Positions 37,843-46,240 of a DNA stretch of 46,240 bases are shown here, one piece after another. Within the stretch, counting starts at the first letter, position 1. Each line of letters opens with the position of its first letter. This DNA is from Oopsacas minuta (Eukaryota; Animalia; Porifera). The notes under the pieces are model-generated. The model was given only the letters and a program-made list of their open reading frames with translations. It was not told the origin of the DNA and searched no databases. A program made the position numbers and the translations under genes. Location: positions 60,689 to 106,928 of the forward strand of contig JAKMXF010000010.1 in NCBI GenBank assembly GCA_024704765.1, in the 5' to 3' direction.

Positions 37843-39005
37843 GGTGGCTTCTTTGTCTTGTTTGCGCTTGTTAACACCTACAATGATTTCCATTCCTGAA
37901 TCAATCCGAGCCTATCTCTCTGTAGCGTCATTTTCAATCATTAGCTTAGGTATACCGGCGGTTACAGCTGATGCCATCTCCCCTTCTTCCTCGAATCGGG
38001 TGATTGTCTCCTTCGCTCGGTCGCATAATTGGCCCGTTTATGTCTCCATGAAATATGAGCCCCCAGGGGTCTGCTACCCGCCCTATTCCTGTCTCCTCCT
38101 GGATGGCAATCTGAGTATTCCTTGCTAACCTGGCACTAAAAGGTATCGGGAGTGCTAGAACTTCATCGAATGAATTCGTCTGGAGGGATTGTGCACCCCC
38201 GGAAACGTCGGCCATCGCTTCGATACATGTCCTTATGACTGTAGTATAATGGTCCTTAGCTGTGAGGCACCATCCGGAGGTCTGGCAGTGTGTCCGTAAG
38301 GTTAGAGACTATGTGTCAGTCGTGTCGGACTTATCCCGGACTAGTTGAGAGCAGAGTCTCCTCGCAGCCGTCAGTTTTGCTATTTCCATATAGAAATTCA
38401 TTCCAATTCCAAAGAAGAACGATAGTCGCGGAGCGAACTTGTCGATATCTATCCCCGCTTTCCATCAGGTCCGACAGTACTCCAGCCCGTCTCCGAGGGT
38501 CAGGGCAAGCTCCAGGTCAGTGTCAGCCCCTGCCTCCTGTATATGATACCCTGATATAGAGATTGAGTTGCATCGGGACATATTCTGTGAGGTGAATGAT
38601 AATATATCACCTACTATTTGCATCGAAGGATCCGGGGACTATATATAGGTGTTCCTAACCATGAACTCCTTTAGGATATCATTCTGTATGGTACCTGATA
38701 ATAGACCCATAGGTACACCGGTCTCCTCAGCACCTACAATATACATTCCTAAGACAGGTAGAACCACACCATTCATTGTCATGGATACTGACACATTTTC
38801 AAGAGTTATGCTATCAAATAGTTGTTTCATGCCTCGACTCTATCCACTGCCACTCCTACCATTCCTACGTCACCTGTTACACGGGATTGTCCGAATCGTA
38901 GCCTCTATGTGTCGGGGTGTCGAATGCGACACTAAGGCCCTGCTACCCAGCGGCCAGATTCTGTTTATACAATGTATTGCTCTCTTCGACAGTACTAAAC
39001 CGTCC
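37843..39005 (-). pseudogene. MMUT: Methylmalonyl-CoA mutase fragment, intronless and degenerate
   Basis: [97 protein letters not shown]; several stops and frameshifts. Confidence 0.93.
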
Positions 39006-39178
39006 TTTCTCATTAAGATTTAGTCTAGCCGTTATTGGTAAATTCGCAATTTACAGAAACAATTTACAGGAACGACGATGTGTTAGTATACTAATATACT
39101 AAGTAGACCATTTTAGAACTGAGCCACTATACTAGCAATAGTATTAGTAGTCACTGTAAAATCCAGAAATATCCAACA

Positions 39179-39425
39179 CAGTCAAACTTGTCTATAACGG
39201 CGGCCAATGGGACTAACCAAAAGTGACTGTTATAGACATAATAGAAAGGTAGTTATATATTGGATGTGACAATTAGGACAGGTGACTGGCAAATAATATA
39301 ATACAAAGGAAGTAGTTAATGGTTGTATTCTAAGGGACTTTCAAAAGTGGACATTATGGTCAGGTGACTGCTATATAATTTGCCCGATAGATATAGGAAG
39401 TGGAAGTTATAGACAGGTTTAGTTC
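39179..39425. mobile_element. Degenerate pogo-like MITE
   Basis: CAGTCAAACTTGTCTATAAC with a partial inverse GTTATAGACAGGTTT. Confidence 0.4.
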
Positions 39426-39641
39426 CAGTAAGAGACCAAAGATGGTGTCTGCTATGTACATGAGACCGTTAATGTATTCAGATATATTGGGTATCACTTA
39501 GAATAAGACTTGTCAGTCAATTCGTAATTTTGGTGAAATTATTATTTATGCATACATTTGTGGTACAGGAATTATTAATATAAATAGAGTGAAATATGAT
39601 AATTTAATTACAAAACAAATATGTAAATAACAACAATATAA

Positions 39642-40806
39642 TTAATATATATTTATTGCATTATCAACAAAACTAGCACAAATAATATCAAAGTTATTAT
39701 TAACAACTATTCCTGTAGGATTATTACATATAATTTTGTGTATCAGCTGTCCATCTTTAGTAAATATATTAATTGAATTTCCATAATAATCACTAATTAC
39801 AATATTATTATACAAATCAAAACACAAAAATACCTCCTTTTCCATTTTCTAATTTTATGAAACTTTTCAATAAATCACCTGATTTAGAGAATATGTGAAT
39901 ATTATTAATCTCATTATTGTCTGCTACAAATATGATATTATTATTTATTTTGACGTCACGTGGAGTTCTGAGTTTGTCTTTTCCTATTTCTCTAATATAT
40001 TCTAAATCAGAGCTGAATACTGCAATTCTATTATAATCAGAATCTGCAACTAACACTTCTCCATTTGTATCAGTTGTTAGACCAAAAGGGGCACCAACAC
40101 CTTCCTTAACACTCTTAATTAATTTGTAATTTGTTTTAGAGAATTTAAATATATAACAAAATATCCAATCACTTACAAACACCCATTCCTTATGTAATGC
40201 TATATCGTGTGGATAATGTAGCTGCCCCTTACCAAATTCATGAATGAACTTTCCCTCTGTAGAGAAGATATGTATTCTCTTATTGTTTGTATCTGCTATA
40301 TAGATCTTATCTCCATCTATAGCTAATCCACGAGGGCAATACAGCTCTCCTTTCTTACTCCCCTTACCCCCAATACTTCTGATATGCTCGGGCTTGTTTC
40401 TGTATAGTACAGTTATATGCTGAATAGACCCCAACTTCTCCAGCTGTTTTAGGAGAGAGTCTAGACCCTCAGTATTGAGGGAAGGGATTGGGATAGGTGA
40501 TTCATTTTCGCATTTGTGTATTTCAGCTCTTGTTTGCCTCATCTGTTCTTCTTGAAACTTTACTACTTCGTTCTGTTGAATGCTAGTTTCCATTAATTGT
40601 TGGATTAGCTTCTCCAGGTCTGCTACTTGTTTCTTTCTAGTATTCTCCATTCTTAGATAGTCCTGCTTGATATCGAACAGCTGCACAAGCAGCTGATCTC
40701 TCCTCACTGTCGCAATCCTAATTATCTTCTCGAACGTGGAATGGATCAGTTGTTCCGCTAGTTCGAAATGGTTAGTAGGAATTTCATCTGGGTATTTGGT
40801 GGCCAT
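39642..40806 (-). pseudogene. Coiled-coil + NHL-repeat protein, paralog D (2-nt deletion near 39826)
   Basis: ATTTTTGTGTTTTGAT vs ATTTTTCTGTGTTTTGAT in paralogs; about 60 C-terminal residues are displaced into the 39642-39845 frame. Confidence 0.8.
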
Positions 40807-41020
40807 TTGTTTGTTGTTCTGTTTATGATTATTCTCATTTACAGACTGTATTTATACAAGTTGTACGTGAATAGAAGTTACAACTGATCACATTTCCTTA
40901 AACTCTACCACGAGACTATTGTCTAACAGAATTACGGATGTGTTAGGTCAAATAGCTTTCAACATGTAAATTAGTTCCAGTTATAACTACCCACATTCCT
41001 TTCATAGGATTAGTTGCTAT
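40807..41020 (-). promoter_or_regulatory. Conserved 5' flank of NHL paralog D, truncated near 41022
   Basis: Homologous to 6450-6705; homology stops abruptly near 41022. Confidence 0.5.
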
Positions 41021-41050
41021 TCTGAATTTTGCATATATTTATACATGAGT

Positions 41051-41062
41051 AGCGCATGCGCT
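41051..41062. promoter_or_regulatory. NRF1-type GC palindrome AGCGCATGCGCT
   Basis: Perfect 12-bp palindrome containing GCGCATGCGC, the core of the NRF1/EWG consensus; about 220 bp upstream of the NRF1-like gene. Confidence 0.5.
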
Positions 41063-41284
41063 GTATTAATATATAATTGGAATTTTGGAAAAAGTAAGCT
41101 CTCAGATACCATCCTATTATAGTGTAATTAAATCCGAAGGTACTGCTATTTATTTTTGACTTTTGTTACTTATTTCTACTTCCTTTATTAGCAAAATCCC
41201 TAAATATGTTTCTCAATTAACTTTATACTTTACTCAATGAGTGTTTCCTCTTGATTTCTCATTCTGCACCCTTGATTAGCCAAA

Positions 41285-42990
41285 ATGCCAAAGATCCCCA
41301 AATTGACAAAGGCTAATGCTATAATGGTACTGACAGACATATTGTCTGAGTTTCGTTCAGTAACTGGTTAATATGCCGGAGCTGTATTTTCATGGCATGG
41401 AAAGCTTGGCTCTTTGGGTCCAGAAAAATTTCAAACCTATATCACTGAGAATAGCGCTGAAATATCAAGAACTCTACTGACTAACCAAATATCTACAAGT
41501 ACGTCAGCGTCATCAAAGCCTGTTCGTGATCACGAAATCCTCAAGCTATTAGATGGAGATATATCTGGCTATAATGTACAGGGACTGCGAAGACTTGTTT
41601 CTGCGATTATAAAAGTTTCAACTGGTAAGTCAACGGTGTGAATTTATATAATTATATGGGTTGCTGATTATATAGCTCTGTATTTTAGGGAAAGGTATGT
41701 TTTTTTGGAATGATCCTTCTCTCAAACCACCTTTTTGGCCCGAAAGAGTCCCTTTCGAAAACATAAAAAGCGCATGTAAGATTCATCTGCGTATGATAAT
41801 AGAATCATATAAGGATTACTCTATGAAAGCGCGAGTTTCAGTTCGCCCTCAATCTCAGAAGTCTCCAAGCTCTTCTCAAGCATCGCGACATGATTTCTAC
41901 CGTGACCGATCTAGATCTCCTCTTGATTTCGCTAGAGATGTAATACACCAAGAATCTGATGTAGTTACTAGTGATGATTCCTTCGATGAGCTTTTTCAGC
42001 AACCCATTATCGCTTCGAACAAACCAATTCCAGATCCTCAAACACCTACCCCAACTTCCAGTCTGGTGACATTACTCGGAGTTAAGCCATTGGATCCTAT
42101 TCAAATAATCACTCCTTCCATTAGTTTAAATGAGAAAAACTTGTCAATTTCCGAATTGTCAAGTCGTAATACTTTTCTAACAGGCACCACCATTAATGCA
42201 TTCTGTGTAAGTTTATTATACATTGAAATTCAATCCGTTTTGTTAGCAAATATTCTCATACCATATATGTATTTGTAGACATTACTGAAGAAGAATTTCC
42301 CCCATTTACAGGGACTTCAGATACTATTCTCTCCGAAGTGAGTTTCTCGGTTTAAATTTTTGAATTGTAAATCAATATTTGATATTCAATTAATTCTTAG
42401 AATCGTCAATTCGTCAAAGCTCCTCGTCCTAGTATACAGCTGCATCACGATGGCGCACTTCACTGGGTTTGCTCCAGTATTGATGTTGAAGGGCATGTAA
42501 CTTTATATGATTTGCTATCTACTGGGAGAATATCTGGTGAATTAGCTGTGCAATTGGCCTTTCTATATGGGAATGATGCTGATCATGAGCTGAAAGCCAC
42601 CCTTGCTCCTATTCAGCAGCAAAGAGGTGGGGCGGATTGTGGTTTATTTGCAGCTTACAGTCTGTTTAACAATAGCAACGGGAGGCGACCCAACCCAAGT
42701 ATACTGGAAACAGTCAAGAATGAGATCTCACCTAACTGATTGTTTTAACAGCGAAATTTTAACACCCTTTCCTAAGATAGAAAGCATAGTATTACTATCT
42801 CGCCTGACTACAAATCTAGGGACAGATTTAAAGATAAAGTTATGGTGTTTGTGTCATCTACCCAGTTGCGCGCCAAAAAATATGATTGAATGTCCCAAAT
42901 GTCTTAAATAGTTCCACAAACCATGTGTAGGACTTGAAGATATTGACAAAGACATTGATAACTTTTATTGTCACAATTGTCGTGACTCTT
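41285..42990 (+). pseudogene. NRF1/EWG-like DNA-binding domain + Ulp1/SENP-like protease + PHD finger (transposon-associated, degenerate)
   Basis: ATG 41285; introns 41625-41688, 42207-42278, 42338-42400. LRRLVSAIIKVST|GKGMFFW...KPPFWPERVPFENIK; INAFC|TLLKKNFPHLQGLQ; HWVC...LYD...QQQRGGADCGLFA; CLC...MIECPKCLK*FHKPC...FYCHNC. Two stops and two frameshifts. Confidence 0.78.
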
Positions 42991-43008
42991 CTAACATATA
43001 CACTATTT

Positions 43009-43830
43009 TCATATATTATTATTTTGTGATAGAATATGTAGATTCGAACAAGCTAGAAAATATCTTGTAGTGAAGAATACATTATCTATACGCATGTATG
43101 CGATTTGTGTTGCTATCCTTCTTAGTGATGAAAACAACTGCTCACAAATTTGTGAGTTTAGCTTTTTCATCTCGTCAGTCTGAATTGATCTCAAAGAATA
43201 AGAGGGATTGCACTTGTGGTTTGTAGAATGCAATCGATCAATCAGAAATGTTGTCTTATGAAATACTTTGGGGTCCCTATATAAAAATCACAAACTAATT
43301 TCTATTTGAAATCTCGACTATTTATCATTTATACCCAATTTGTTATGTGCACTTACCTTTCATACACGTTTTGTGTAAGTTGCAAGCATTATCGTAGATG
43401 ATCACTTTTGGCTGTTCTCTGAATATGGTCATTAACAAATTATAAATTACAACTGTAGATTCGTGTTGACTGAGGTTTTGGAAACCATAACAAATCCTGT
43501 GTTTACAAGCGATTGCTATTCCGTGGGAAAACCTTTTGTGAGTTGGAAACTTTTTGAGACACGGTTCAGCTGACTCAACTTCTAGATTTTCGTATACTGG
43601 CAACCTGTACAAGTATAGTAGAATGGTAAAATAAAAAAAGTTGAATAGCATTTAGTATTTTCAATATAAACACAAATACAAGTTCGAACTTACGTGTGGT
43701 TTGTTGTGAATGCTGGGAAATAATTGTAATAGTTTTCGCTTTGTGGAGAATATTCTACTAATTTTCTTGACACTCTACTAAATAAACTCTCTATTTGCGT
43801 CAGGATTCTTTTCAACAGCGGGAAACTTTG
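43009..43830 (-). mobile_element. KDZ (Kyakuja-Dileera-Zisupton)-type transposase, spliced and degenerate
   Basis: CLKKF...GIAIACKHRICYGFQNL...ES...PKVIIYDNACNLHKTC|..DP..F..TTFLIDRLH..NH..C...LNSQICEQLFSSL...AYM, split by GT-AG introns. Coding probably extends 5' to about 44060. Confidence 0.8.
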
Positions 43831-44197
43831 GGATGTAAAGTGACAAACCCTGTGCATGTGATGTCTTCATTAGGTTTGATAGAATTGAATAAGATATCCA
43901 ATGTATACATCTTCTGATATATTGAATTTAACCGTATACTGCACAAGTGGGACACAGTGTCCCATGTGTAAATATCACACTTCCGGTTGTCAAAACCCCG
44001 GTAATTTTTGTCTGGGATGCTTGAATGACCCCTTCTATCTTTTTCAATCATAAACACAATGGTGAATATTTTCTAAAAATTTTGAGTATAATGACTTAGC
44101 ATGAAATATTCTTGTACCTTTGATATATATATATACAAGTAGAATTGATTAAATTCTGACTACAACAATTAATCAATATATTTGACCAATTTTAGAA

Positions 44198-44447
44198 ATT
44201 GAATCATGTAAATTCTGTCGACACTTTGCTTTCTGACAAATGCGAACTCATCATAGGAATGTCACGTAATCATTATTGGACAAAATCAATGCATCTTTAT
44301 TCTACAATGACCTTAATTTTGATTACGATACTGTCAATATACTTAATAGATGTTAGAAATTTGAATCCCGTCAATTTTTCCTGACACCATGCTTTCTGTT
44401 AAATGCTAGCTCACCATAGAAATGTCACGTCATCATTATTGGACAAA
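44198..44447 (+). repeat. Diverged direct repeat of about 87 bp (44198-44285 / 44361-44447)
   Basis: GACAC..TGCTTTCTG..AAATGC...CTCA.CATAG.AATGTCACGT.ATCATTATTGGACAAA occurs twice. Confidence 0.7.
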
Positions 44448-44464
44448 TATTCAATTATATATTA

Positions 44465-44743
44465 CAGTAGATATCGCTTATAAGAACATCGTCGGGAGTA
44501 GAGAAAAATGTTCTTATACCCGATATGTTCATATAACCGTTATATATGATATATAACAGATACATATATTCTTATAACCGACACTTTTTAGTAAGAATGG
44601 ATAGAAATGGCTCACAAGCCATGGTTCTTATAGGCGATATGTTCTTATAACCGGTACTCTTCTAATACAAAACTATAAGAAGAAAATCGGTTAACAGGAG
44701 AAATGGTTTTTATAACCGATATTCTTATAAGCGATATCTACTG
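44465..44743. mobile_element. pogo-like MITE
   Basis: TIR CAGTAGATATCGCTTATAAGAA; TA TSD; internal TTATAACCG repeats. Confidence 0.88.
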
Positions 44744-45494
44744 TATTATAAACAAAACCTTGACGCACATCCTGATCCTAGAATGACGCCTATAATCGAA
44801 AATTTCCGTGCGATTGCATTGAAGAGAGCGGTATAATAGCCGACAAGTGGTTTGAAACTTGCCCTTGCAAAACAAAGTTAGTCAGGTTTAGAGGCGTAGC
44901 TACACAATTTGGAGGGTGCGGCCAACAATTTACTCGCCAGAACACCACATTCTAATGCAAAGTATGCGGTTATTTACTCTTATGAAAAGTATAAAATCTC
45001 ATATCTACCAAATGCAAGTTACCAATTCTCACTCATAGAATTGAGTTGCAGCGTACAGAGGGATTTTATCCAAATTGTTGAGTAAAAGTTGTTCGCATTC
45101 TGCACCAAGAATAATAGAATATTGTTAAGATTTATGCTTGTCTGTACCTATATATATAAACCATTGTAGAAATTGTTTGCTCTCTTTGTAATCTGATATG
45201 AGTTTCTAACAGCATGGACAGATGCACTTTTGTGGTGAGTAGTTTGATTCATCTATTCTAATACTCTTGTGTAGTTGTGTTATACCTGCACGCATATCAC
45301 GTGTATATTCTGATTGATTGTGCAGTTAGAGTCTGTGAGTGTTCGGGAAACGCTATTGATTAGCAGTAGACTATACCTTCCTGACTCTCACTCGGCAATC
45401 TCTCTGTTCATCATACGTATATTATCAATTCTCAATTGAATTCTTTGTGTAGCTTCATTTCGACAGTTTCACACATTGTATTGCCAAAACACTT

Positions 45495-45597
45495 GTATAG
45501 TATAGTATAGTATAGTATAGTATAGTATAGTATAGTATAGTATAGTATAGTATAGTATAGTATAGTATAGTATAGTATAGTATAGTATAGTATAGTA
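45495..45597. repeat. (TATAG)n microsatellite, about 20 units
   Basis: Direct reading. Confidence 0.97.
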
Positions 45598-46133
45598 CTG
45601 TCGTATCGTATTTTGAGGTGCTTATAACTACCATACCAAACCAACACTAGTAGTTATAATCCACCTTTCACGGTATTGTCATACAAGCGCCTCAAAATAC
45701 GATAGGACAGTACATATTATGTAATATATACTATTATTGTCAGTAGTGCCGGGTGATAGTATTGTGTTTTTGTGTGTGACATATCAGGCAACCTATGTCG
45801 CTATCTGCTACCCAATAGTTTGCGGTTGTTACATGAGAGAGGACTACGAGGAATTTCCTCTGATAGGGTCACTCTAGTGACTACGTCCAAACCTTTTCAT
45901 AGGAGACAAGGCATTATGCTTGGCTGAAATGATTGTTATCAAGAGTAATTACAGCCGGTATTTGCATGTCTATCGGTTGGTATCGAGGGTTGAATCCGTT
46001 AGGGATAGCTAGTAGTTCTAGACTCTAGTTCTTATTGCTAACATTGGATGCCACAGTCTTTCTTAGTTATAATGTTTATTAGCCCACTTTACGAAAGGAC
46101 ATACAATAGGATACTATCTGAGCAAAAACATAT

Positions 46134-46240
<107 letters not shown>

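Noticed and set aside
37843-39005. MCM segment as an active bacterial gene or contamination
   Set aside because: Multiple stops and frameshifts, embedded in animal-type flanks.
41022-44460. TIRs or TSD delimiting the KDZ element
   Set aside because: No inverse match of the left boundary was found on the right; the element limits remain undefined.
45432-45647. ORF with ILYYT repeats
   Set aside because: Translation of the (TATAG)n microsatellite.

Overview
AT-rich eukaryotic (animal) genomic DNA with short 63-72 nt GT-AG introns. The expanded TRAF-like and coiled-coil+NHL families resemble a sponge, possibly a glass sponge; this is inference only. The window is a rapidly evolving, immune-like gene cluster with three TRAF-like genes interleaved with five intronless coiled-coil+NHL beta-propeller genes. 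Four of the NHL genes are close paralogs and only one of those four is intact. The genes sit among many DNA-transposon relics (Helitron, Tc1, hAT, Harbinger, pogo-like MITEs, a Mutator-like transposase split by an inversion) and pseudogene fragments (POLN, methylmalonyl-CoA mutase, a spliced coiled-coil gene). The most striking item is at 41.0-44.4 kb: a KDZ-type transposase converging on a spliced gene that fuses an NRF1/EWG-like DNA-binding domain, a Ulp1-like protease and a PHD finger, with an NRF1-type palindrome (AGCGCATGCGCT) about 220 bp upstream of its ATG. Other highlights: a TRAF-like gene with duplicated transmembrane-like segments, variation concentrated on predicted ligand-binding surfaces of the NHL and MATH domains, and a chain of inverted-repeat-bounded blocks at 18.4-25.2 kb. 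All family assignments come from motifs recognised by eye; no searches were run.
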